32,000 nt of DNA, taken from NCBI GenBank assembly GCA_030549845.1, contig JAUQQN010000001.1, positions 150,001 through 182,000 on the forward strand, read 5' to 3'. Under the pieces are notes generated by a model that saw only the letters and a program-made list of their open reading frames with translations, was not told the DNA's origin and searched no databases. Within the stretch, counting starts at the first letter, position 1, and each line of letters opens with the position of its first letter. The DNA comes from Patescibacteria group bacterium. Its GTDB lineage: Bacteria; Patescibacteriota; Minisyncoccia; UBA6257; HR35. Below are positions 1 through 7,800 of this stretch, piece after piece. A program made the position numbers and the translations under genes.

Positions 1-140
1 ACCTGATCTGTAATTGGAGTCCCTAGAATTACTATTCTATCTTTTAACAATCTTGAATAAATATCATAAGCCCTTTCTCCATGTTGAGTTTTTTCTATTA
101 CATAAGGAATAAGTTGCATGTGTTTTTCAATCTCTTTCAT
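1..140 (-). CDS. clpP: ATP-dependent Clp protease proteolytic subunit, N-terminal part (gene continues beyond the window start)
   Basis: The reverse complement of 1-140 reads [46 protein letters not shown] from the ATG at 140-138. The [12 protein letters not shown] segment is the typical ClpP N-terminal signature. This ORF is absent from the supplied track because it is truncated by the window edge. Confidence 0.8.
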   Translation of the reverse strand, partial: MKEIEKHMQLIPYVIEKTQHGERAYDIYSRLLKDRIVILGTPITDQ

Positions 141-150
141 TTTAAATTTA

Positions 151-714
151 TTATAATATTTTTCTATTTAATATCCAAATCATAAAAACAAAAAGAATTA
201 TTGTCCTATAATGGATACCTAAAGGAGAGAGATATAAAACCCAAAAAATTTCTAAAGAAAAAATTGTTTTTAATAATGAATTAAGTAGGTTTTCTTTAAA
301 CCCAAGAAACATTATCAAAAATACAATCAAAGGGAACAAAATTGAGATAAGAAATAGTGTAAAAAACTGAAAAAGATTGTTAGAAATAAAAACAAAAAGG
401 AGTAGATTTAAAACCCAACCTAATTTGCTATTTTTTATAAAAAGAAAATAATAAAAAGGCCAAATTAAAGTAAGATAAATTTGATTTAAATCTAAAATAT
501 AACTAAGTAAAATAAGGAAAGATGGGGTCAAAATTGAAGATAAGAAAATTTCTGGTCCCCTAAGATAATAAAAATTGAAAAAAATTAAAAAAATAAAAAG
601 TACAAAAGAAAAATATGGGTTTTTTAAACTTAAATAAAAAAATAATGTAGTAGACGCTAAGGCTAAAATTAAAAGTAGATTATTAAATATCGAGCTCTTT
701 AGCCTGCTTAGCAT
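151..714 (-). CDS. Polytopic membrane protein, function unknown
   Basis: The ORF-track entry 151-723 starts at a TTG; the first ATG is at 714-712. The protein is very hydrophobic (L/F/I-rich) with several predicted TM segments. It overlaps the gyrB 3' end by about 30 nt and I recognise no motif. Confidence 0.45.
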   Translation of the reverse strand: MLSRLKSSIFNNLLLILALASTTLFFYLSLKNPYFSFVLFIFLIFFNFYYLRGPEIFLSSILTPSFLILLSYILDLNQIYLTLIWPFYYFLFIKNSKLGWVLNLLLFVFISNNLFQFFTLFLISILFPLIVFLIMFLGFKENLLNSLLKTIFSLEIFWVLYLSPLGIHYRTIILFVFMIWILNRKIL

Positions 715-2584
715 AAGTTTCAATAAATTTTCTTCGTGGTTCGACCTCTGTGCCCATTAAAATTGTAAATAATTCATCAGCTTTTTCTGCATCTTTTATA
801 GTTACTTTTCTTAGAATCCTTGTTTCTGGGTTCATGGTAGTAGCCCACAATTCTTCGGGATTCATTTCACCTAATCCTTTATATCTCTGCACATCAATAT
901 TGATATTTCTCCTTTTTGTTTGAATTTCCTTTATTAATTTATCTTTTTCTTCATCTGAATAAGCATAATAAATTTCTTTGCCTGCTTGAATCTTGTAAAG
1001 AGGAGGATGAGCTATGTAAATATATCCTTTTTCTACTAAAGGCTTAAAGTACCTATAAAACAATGTTAAAAGTAAAGTTCTTATGTGATGGCCATCAGAA
1101 TCAGCATCAGTAGCTATTATTATTTTTGAATACCTTAAATTATCAATATTAAAATCTTTTCCTATCCCTGTTCCTAAAGTTATTATTAAATCTTTGATTT
1201 CTTTCGATTTTAAAATTTTATTTAAGCTTGCCTTTTCAACATTTAAAATTTTACCCCTAAGAGGAAATACTGCTTGAAAAATTCTATCTCTTCCCTGTTT
1301 TGCACTTCCCCCAGCACTATCTCCTTCTACAATAAAGAGCTCTCTTTTGGAAAAATCTTTTGTAGAACAATCAGCTAATTTGCTTGCTAAAATTAATGAA
1401 CTTGAAATTCTTTTTTTCAAAACTGCTTCTTTTGCACTCTTTTCTGCTTCTCTTACTTCTAAATTAACGGAAAGTCTATTTAAAATATTTTTTGCTTCAT
1501 CTGGATTTTTGCCAAAATACTCTTTCAAAAAATTATATGTTTTAGATTCTACAAAACTTTTAACCTCAGGATTTCCTAATTTACTTTTTGTTTGACCCTC
1601 AAATTGCGGTTCAGGAATTTTCAAAGAAATTATTGAATATAATCCTCCTTTTATATCTTCAGTGATTAGATTTTTATTGTTTTTAAGAATATTTAATTCT
1701 TTACCAACTTCATTAAAAACCCTAACTAAAGCATTTCTAAAACCTACAAGATGAGTACCGCCTTCTGGATTTAATATATTGTTTGTAAATGCTAATTCTT
1801 TTGTTTCTTGGTTTTCTATGTAATTAAAGCAAAATTCAAATTCTTTATCTTCTTCGTTAATCTTTCCATATATATGATGAAAATTAATTAAGTTTTTATT
1901 TTTGGTTAAGTGATTTAAAAAACTTATAATTCCTCCTTCGAAATAAAAGCTATAACAAAAATCATCTCTTTCATCATAAAAATTTATCCTTAATTTTGGA
2001 GAAAGGTATCCTTGATGCCTTAAATAATCTAAAATTAGATCTCTATCAAAATTAATATCTTCAAAAATTTTATTATCTGGCTCAAATATTATAGTAGTTC
2101 CTGTTTTGTTTGATGGTTTAACTTTCTTAACTGGATATTTTGGTACTCCTCTTTCATATTCCTGTACCCATTCGTATCCATCTCTATAAACTATAGCTTT
2201 TAGATATTTTGATAAAGCGTTCACAACAGAAAGACCTACCCCATGTAAGCCTCCAGAGACTTTATATATTTTTTGAGAAAATTTACCACCTGCATGAAGA
2301 TATGTAAGAACGGTCTCTAATGCAGATTTTTTTGTTTTTGGATGAATATCAACAGGAATACCTCTACCATCGTCAGAAATTTGAACTCTATTATTTTTCA
2401 AAATTTTAACCTCGATATTTTTAGCATAACCTGCTAAGAATTCATCTATGCTATTATTTATTATTTCCCAGACTAAATGATGTAATCCTTCTTTCCCAGT
2501 TCCACCAATATACATTCCTGGTCTTTTTCTTACTGCTTCTATCCCCTCTAAAACTTGTATATCTTCTGCTTTATAAGTTGACAT
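683..2584 (-). CDS. gyrB: DNA gyrase subunit B
   Basis: 633 aa. The N-terminus YKAEDIQVLEGIEAVRKRPGMYIG is the GHKL ATPase start. LHGVGLSVVNALS, the Toprim motifs EGDSAGGSAKQGRD and IATDADSDGHHI, and the C-terminal RRKFIE...LDI are all present. Confidence 0.93.
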   Translation of the reverse strand: MSTYKAEDIQVLEGIEAVRKRPGMYIGGTGKEGLHHLVWEIINNSIDEFLAGYAKNIEVKILKNNRVQISDDGRGIPVDIHPKTKKSALETVLTYLHAGGKFSQKIYKVSGGLHGVGLSVVNALSKYLKAIVYRDGYEWVQEYERGVPKYPVKKVKPSNKTGTTIIFEPDNKIFEDINFDRDLILDYLRHQGYLSPKLRINFYDERDDFCYSFYFEGGIISFLNHLTKNKNLINFHHIYGKINEEDKEFEFCFNYIENQETKELAFTNNILNPEGGTHLVGFRNALVRVFNEVGKELNILKNNKNLITEDIKGGLYSIISLKIPEPQFEGQTKSKLGNPEVKSFVESKTYNFLKEYFGKNPDEAKNILNRLSVNLEVREAEKSAKEAVLKKRISSSLILASKLADCSTKDFSKRELFIVEGDSAGGSAKQGRDRIFQAVFPLRGKILNVEKASLNKILKSKEIKDLIITLGTGIGKDFNIDNLRYSKIIIATDADSDGHHIRTLLLTLFYRYFKPLVEKGYIYIAHPPLYKIQAGKEIYYAYSDEEKDKLIKEIQTKRRNINIDVQRYKGLGEMNPEELWATTMNPETRILRKVTIKDAEKADELFTILMGTEVEPRRKFIETYAKQAKELDI

Positions 2585-2586
2585 TT

Positions 2587-2925
2587 TTAAATTTTCGTTG
2601 TTAATCTTATATCAAAAATTCTATCTATACTTATTAAACTCGGCCCAACAGAAATTAAAATTATAAAATAAGCTATTAAAAGAAGTTTGACCAAATCTAT
2701 TCTTTTTTCTTTAATTATTAGTACTAAATTTGCTAAAATCCAAAATAGAGAAATCAAAGAAGTCAAAAAGCCTGTTGCTATCATAAAACTTGATATAAAA
2801 TAAATTAAGCTTTTCAATTTATTTTCTTTAAATTTATTTAAACCAAAATTAAAATATACATATCCCACAATTAAACGAGATAAAAAAATTCCTAGAAAAT
2901 CAAAAGCCCACAAAAATTGTATCAT
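2587..2925 (-). CDS. Small membrane protein, possibly DoxX-like
   Basis: 112 aa with 3-4 hydrophobic segments. The N-terminal LSRLIVGYVYFNFGLNKF loosely resembles the DoxX family start. It lies 2 nt upstream of gyrB on the same strand. Confidence 0.4.
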   Translation of the reverse strand: MIQFLWAFDFLGIFLSRLIVGYVYFNFGLNKFKENKLKSLIYFISSFMIATGFLTSLISLFWILANLVLIIKEKRIDLVKLLLIAYFIILISVGPSLISIDRIFDIRLTTKI

Positions 2926-3958
2926 GGAGAAAGCTTACTTTAACGTAATAAATCAAATTTTCAAGCCTTACCAAGCTTCTATACTTAAATTATATCAAAA
3001 ATTTAGAAGTTTTGAAAAAGTTTACGACTATTTAAAGAGAAATAACAAATTAAAAGAAATAGATATAGAAAAAGAATATGAAAAAGTAAAAAAATTAGAC
3101 ATAGAAGTGGTTACATTAAGCGAAAATGGGTATCCGGAGGTTTTAAAAAATATTGATAGTCCTCCGCTTGGTTTTTATGCATTAGGAAATTTAAAAATTT
3201 TAAAAGAGGAAACCTTATTTGTAGCAATTGTTGGAACAAGAAAGGCAAGCAATTATGGAAAGGAAACATCTTTTAGATTTTCTAAGGGTTTATCAAATTT
3301 AGGAGTCATTATTGTAAGTGGATTAGCTTATGGAATAGATGAGTATGCTCATAAAGGCGCAGTTGATGTAGGGTCTAAAACAATTGCAGTATTAGGAGAA
3401 GGAATTGATTTGGTATTAAATTCTCCAAAAAGAAAATTAGTTGAGAAAATTTTGGAAAATGACGGTTTAATAATATCTGAATATTCTTTATCCACACCTG
3501 CTATGCCTTATCATTTTCCTTTAAGAAATAGAATAATTGCTGGATTGAGTAATGCAGTATTGGTAATTGAAGCACCAATAGATTCTGGAGCACTTATTAC
3601 AGCAAATTATGCTTTAAAGTATGGGAGGGAGATTTTTGTTGTCCCTGGTGAAATAACTAATAAAAATTTTGAAGGAAGCCATAATTTAATTAAGCAAGGA
3701 GCAAAACTTGTAACCTCTATTGAAGATATCTTAGTTGAGTTTGGAATTGATTATAAAGAAAAAAACAAAGTTAAAAAATTGAAGTTATCACCAAGAGAAG
3801 AAATTATTATTGAATCTTTACAAGTTAAAGAAAAGACAATAGAAGAATTAAGTAAAGAAACAAATTTCCCTATTCAAGATTTATTGGTCTTATTAACTCA
3901 TATGGAAATAAAAGGCTTAATAAAAAACAAAGAGGGTAAGTTTTATTTGAATTTGTAA
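2924..3958 (+). CDS. dprA: DNA processing protein DprA/Smf
   Basis: 344 aa. Rossmann-like DprA core motifs are present: VGTRKASNYG, SGLAYGIDEYAHKGA, FPLRNRIIAGLS, IEAPIDSGALITA. A C-terminal winged-helix-like tail is also present. Confidence 0.9.
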   Translation: MEKAYFNVINQIFKPYQASILKLYQKFRSFEKVYDYLKRNNKLKEIDIEKEYEKVKKLDIEVVTLSENGYPEVLKNIDSPPLGFYALGNLKILKEETLFVAIVGTRKASNYGKETSFRFSKGLSNLGVIIVSGLAYGIDEYAHKGAVDVGSKTIAVLGEGIDLVLNSPKRKLVEKILENDGLIISEYSLSTPAMPYHFPLRNRIIAGLSNAVLVIEAPIDSGALITANYALKYGREIFVVPGEITNKNFEGSHNLIKQGAKLVTSIEDILVEFGIDYKEKNKVKKLKLSPREEIIIESLQVKEKTIEELSKETNFPIQDLLVLLTHMEIKGLIKNKEGKFYLNL

Positions 3959-3994
3959 TTGCAAAAATTTGGAGTATAATTTATTTAAGAACAC

Positions 3995-4064
3995 TAGGAA
4001 GGGCTGCCGAGTTCGGAGACCTCCGGGGAGGTGACGGGCCCCCGGAGAAAGGCAGCCCTTCCTA
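3995..4064 (+). ncRNA. GC-rich long hairpin, candidate small structured RNA of unknown class
   Basis: A perfect 14-bp outer stem pairs 3995-4008 (taggaagggctgcc) with 4051-4064 (ggcagcccttccta). An inner 7-bp stem pairs 4022-4028 with 4040-4046. A TATAAT lies at 3976-3981 upstream and a terminator follows at 4075-4137. I could not match it to the SRP, RNase P, tmRNA or 6S consensus. Confidence 0.35.
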
Positions 4065-4074
4065 TGTTATATAT

Positions 4075-4137
4075 AGAGGGAGGCATGGGATTTTATATCT
4101 TATTTTAATTCTTCCCCTGCCTCCCTTTTTATTTTTT
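4075..4137 (+). terminator. Rho-independent terminator-like hairpin with T-run
   Basis: GGGAGGCA (4078-4085) pairs with TGCCTCCC (4118-4125), extended by GGG/CCC. The loop is AT-rich and is followed by tttttatttttt. It would terminate dprA and/or the upstream hairpin RNA. Confidence 0.6.
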
Positions 4138-4274
4138 CTTAATTCTATTTCTTATTATGGTAGCCAAAATTCAAAACCTCACAAGCTCGCCTTGAATCAT
4201 TAAATAACAAATCAAGAAGACCTAAAAGATTAGGACAATCCAAAATCAATCCTCTAAAACAACCTCAATCTGAA

Positions 4275-4297
4275 TTTTCGTAATCTGATTACGAAAA
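4275..4297. repeat. Perfect 10-bp palindrome with 3-nt spacer, followed by a 9-nt tandem duplication
   Basis: ttttcgtaat-ctg-attacgaaaa. The right arm continues into acgaaaact-acgaaaact (4291-4308). Confidence 0.6.
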
Positions 4298-4334
4298 CTA
4301 CGAAAACTAATAATTTTTCTTTTAGGTCCATCTA

Positions 4335-4362
4335 TTGACAAAAAAATAAAATTTGTTAAAAT
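4335..4362 (+). promoter_or_regulatory. Sigma-70-type promoter
   Basis: TTGACA (4335-4340), a 16-nt spacer, then TAAAAT (4357-4362). A GGAGG Shine-Dalgarno at 4381-4385 and an ATG at 4395 lie downstream. Confidence 0.5.
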
Positions 4363-4394
4363 TAGAGCGGAAATCTAGAAGGAGGTGTTGGGTA

Positions 4395-4721
4395 ATGAGA
4401 CGTTTATTTTTATTTTTAATTTTCGCAACGGCGTTTGTCGGTGGCTGCGGAGGGGGACATAAGCCCCCCTCCGTTGAGACGTTGCCTCCGGCTCCAACCA
4501 CAAAGGTGGAGTCGGGGCCTATTGTGGGCTGGTGGTGGGTAACCATCACCAGCCATACGACCCCTTCCCGGATAGAAGTTATCCGGGAAGGGGTAACATT
4601 GTTTAATTTTTTAGAGACCCGGGAGGTCAAAATCGACCTCCCGGAGGGTAATTACCTCATCCGGGTGATATACCCGGATGGGGGCTCCTGGGAGGGAGAG
4701 CTGACTCTCCCTCCCAAATAG
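4395..4721 (+). CDS. Putative small lipoprotein (108 aa); coding status uncertain because the region is an array of GC hairpins
   Basis: A GGAGG lies 9 nt upstream of the ATG. The N-terminus MRRLFLFLIFATAFVGGC looks like a lipoprotein signal with a lipobox Cys. The C-terminal part (DLPEGNYLIRVIYPDGGSWEGEL) resembles a small beta-sandwich. Against coding: Arg is CGG and Pro is CCC/CCG, unlike the AT-rich codon choices of the neighbouring genes. The antisense frame is also open. Confidence 0.4.
   Translation: MRRLFLFLIFATAFVGGCGGGHKPPSVETLPPAPTTKVESGPIVGWWWVTITSHTTPSRIEVIREGVTLFNFLETREVKIDLPEGNYLIRVIYPDGGSWEGELTLPPK
4447..4716 (+). ncRNA. Array of seven consecutive GC-rich stem-loops (candidate structured RNA segment)
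   Basis: Stems read directly from the sequence, seven in total. 4447-4474: 10 bp. 4484-4518: 14 bp with 2 bulges. 4527-4554: 12 bp with a GTAA loop. 4560-4594: 15 bp perfect. 4619-4644: 10 bp perfect. 4655-4683: 12 bp. 4689-4716: 12 bp. Three G.T pairs (4491/4512, 4535/4546, 4657/4681) are wobble pairs only if the plus strand is the RNA. Confidence 0.45.
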
Positions 4722-4733
4722 TTTTTTCCACAG

Positions 4734-4759
4734 CCCCACCCTTTCGGGTGGGGTTTTTT
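4734..4759 (+). terminator. Rho-independent terminator
   Basis: CCCCACCC-tttc-GGGTGGGG followed by six T. Confidence 0.8.
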
Positions 4760-4779
4760 ATTCCACTTTTATTTGACTT

Positions 4780-4810
4780 AAAACAAATAAATCCGTACGG
4801 AACTATTTGT
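4780..4810. terminator. Palindromic A-arm/T-arm element, copy 1; likely bidirectional terminator 3' of ileS
   Basis: aaaacaaataaatccgtacggaactatttgt is centred on the self-complementary ccgtacgg. Its reverse complement matches the element at 11609-11642 at 30 of 31 positions. Confidence 0.55.
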
Positions 4811-4848
4811 ATAAGTAATTTTTATTTTGTTAGATTTTGAGAAAGGAA

Positions 4849-7800
4849 TTATTCTATCCAAATATTAACTTTTCCAAAATTTTCATATTCGAATTCCCTT
4901 TCCAATTTAAATTTTTTAGAAACTCCAAATTTAAGGTTGCTTATATTTGTTTCTTTTTTAATTCTTAATAGATTTTTTGAAATAATGTTTTTTAGGTTTT
5001 TAGGCAATAACATGGAAACATTTATAGGAGTTATAGGGATTAATCCTAAATCTTGTCTTAAATCTTGAATATATCTTATAAAATCATTTACTATTCCTTC
5101 TTCTTTAAGCTCTGGTGTTATTTCTTTATTAAGCCAAACATAAATAGGAGAGTCTGCAAATAAATAGTTTTCTTTATTTTTAGGCTCTCCAATTATTACT
5201 TTTTTAACATTTACTTCTTCTTTGATAAGTTCCAAATATTCTTCTTCTATTTTTTCTCCTAAATAAACTTCTTTTAAGGGTTGCCTTACTTTTATTCCAT
5301 TATTTTTTCTTAGCATCAAAATTTCTGATGTTATTTCTCTTACTTTTTTCATTTCTTTAAGTATTTCTTTTTCTTTTGTTGACAAATCTTTAGGGGGTAA
5401 AACTTTTTCTAAATGAACACTTATTTCTACCTTTTTTCTATCTTTCATTTCATTTTTTATCTCATGATAAAGAAACTCACTAAAGAAAGGAGTTATTGGA
5501 GCAGAAATTTTTGCTATTTCAAAAAGATATTCTTCTAACTTCATCATAGCGATTTGTATTTCATTTTCATTTTTAGGTCTTTGGAACCTTCTTCTGCTCC
5601 TTCTTAGCCACCAATGAGATAAATCTTGAACTAAATTTACCAGTTCTCTACTTGCTTTTGTTGGATTGAAGTTATACAAAGATTCATAAACTATTTTATA
5701 AGCTTCTTTTAATCTCACATCAAACCATTTATCAATTATTTCTTTACTTTGATAATTTCTAATTTTTAATTTCTTTGGTTTTCTGTACATTCTATAAAAG
5801 TTAAAAATATTCAAAAGCAGATCAAAGTAATTTCTCTTTAGGTTTATAAGCTCTTCTTCTATGAATCTTTTATTATCAGCAGATTCACTTACATAAACAA
5901 AGTAAAACCTTAAAAGATCAGCTCCGTATTTTTCGATGGCCTCCATAGGATCTACAACGTTTCCCAATGACTTGGACATTTTTCTTCCCTCCTTATCTAA
6001 AACTAAGCCCAAAGAGACTACATTTTTGTAAGTTTCCATTTTCTTTATCAAATACCCTATAACTAACAAAGTATAAAACCAACCCCTTGTTTGATCTATT
6101 CCTTCCACAATAAAATCTATAGGGAATAAAATTCCTTCATCTATTTCTTTTTTATTTTCAAATGGATAATGAAAAGATGCAAAAGGAACACACCCTGAGT
6201 CAAACCAAATATCTGCTAAGTCTTCTATTCGTTCTTTTAATCCTCCACATTTACATTTCCATTTAAATTTATCCACATAAGGCCTATGAATATTTATTTC
6301 ATTATTTTCATCTCTTGGCAAAATTAAAAGTTCAATTTCTTTATATTCCCCAGGTTCGAAGTTAAATTCTTCATTTTCTGCTGTTTGTTTTTTAGAAAGC
6401 CCTTGCATTTCTCCACAAAGAGCCCATAAAGGATCCTGATGTGATACTATTAAGATTGTTTTTCCTTCATACTTTTCTTCCAAATCTAAAATTACTGATA
6501 TCATTCTTTTTCTTACATCATCCAAACTTTCACCATTTTCTGGGGCTTTGAAATACTGATCATATTGATCTTCATAAAGCTTATCATATTCTTTTATTGA
6601 TTTACCGTTTAATACACCAAAATCTATTTCTCTTAACCTTAGATCTACAATAATCGGAACTCGTAAAATATTAGAAAGTATTTCTGCAGTTTGCTTCGTT
6701 CTTAAAAGTGGTGAAGTTACAATAAAGTCGATATTCTTCTTCGCTAACTCTTTAGCCACCTTCATTATTTGTTTTTCTCCATTCGAGGTCAATGGGTTAA
6801 AGAAAACTTCAGGGTAGGAAGATAGTAATTCTTTTACATTACTTATGGCTTCTCCATGCCTTAAAAGAATGTATTTATTTTTTGATTTGAAATGTTGAGC
6901 AAGCTCCTTTAAACTCCCTATAACTTCTATTGAACCACAGCTATTACATTTCCATATAGGAAGAGGTATACCCCAAACCCTTGTTCTTGATAGATTCCAA
7001 TCTTTTCCTTCCTTAAGCCATTCATAAAATCTACCACTTCCAATTTCTTTTGGATACCAATTTATTTTTTCGTTAATTTTTAATAGCTTATCTTTAAATT
7101 TAGATACTTTAATCACCCAATTTTTTGTTGAATAATAAATAAGCGGTGTTTTACATCTCCAACAATGGGGATAATCGTGTTCATATCCAGTTAAATTTGC
7201 ATAGAGGATTAAATTTCTTTCTTTTAAGTCTTCAACAATATATGGATCTGCATCTTTAAAAAATAAATTATTTATTTTACTACTAATAAAAGCTGGTTCA
7301 TCAAAATTAAAAATTCCTGACTCGTTTATTGGATTTATTAGAGGAAGATTATATTTTTTACTTAATTCAAAATCCTCTTCACCAAATGCAGGAGCTATAT
7401 GAACTATTCCTGTACCTTCGTCTTCTTTTACGAATTCTGCTAAATAAACTTTAAATGCATTTTCATAATTTTCTATATTTTCTGGAGGATAAAGAGGTTC
7501 ATATTCTAAACCTTCTAGTTCTTTGCCTTTTATTTTTTTAATCTCTATTCCTTTAAATCCCTGAGGAAGCCTTAAAGATATTAGAATTTCTTCATTTAAG
7601 TCAAATACTTTATATTCATACTCTGGATGTATTGCTAAAGCTATATTTGAAATTAACGTCCATGGGGTTGTTGTCCAAACTAAGAAATAAATTTGTTTTT
7701 CAGAAAATTCTTCTAAAAAGTGTGGAATGTTTTTCAACTTAAACTTAACATAAATATCAGGATCTAAAACTTTTTTATAAGCATCAACTTGTCCTACTTC

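Noticed and set aside
1347-1595. Short ORFs antisense to or nested in well-supported genes: 1347-1595, 9535-9735, 11377-11571, 14107-14337, 19511-19693, 19596-19805, 20415-20600, 21402-21596, 22499-22711, 25766-26002, 26621-26833, 27185-27391, 30391-30606 and 30835-31080
   Set aside because: Each lies fully within or opposite a gene with strong family motifs. All have low-complexity F/L/K/S-rich translations typical of antisense frames in AT-rich DNA.
3995-4064. Identification of the GC hairpin as SRP (4.5S) RNA, RNase P RNA, tmRNA, a hammerhead or a guanidine riboswitch
   Set aside because: CCCGGAGAAAGGCAGCC superficially resembles the SRP CCGGAAGGAAGCAGCC, but there is no GGAA tetraloop in the right place and no symmetric-loop partner. 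There is no GAGGAAAGUCC (RNase P) and no tRNA-like ends (tmRNA). The CUGAUUA at 4286-4292 (tctgattacg) breaks the hammerhead CUGANGA core. The downstream gene context does not fit guanidine riboswitches.
4157-4195. 12-codon ORF (MVAKIQNLTSSP) in the A/C-rich part of the island
   Set aside because: It is too short, has no Shine-Dalgarno, and nothing in the sequence supports its conservation.
4322-4630. 102-aa minus-strand ORF antisense to the hairpin-array region
   Set aside because: It has no Shine-Dalgarno or promoter. It is open only because GC-rich palindromic sequence lacks stop codons on both strands. The G.T wobble pattern favours the plus strand.
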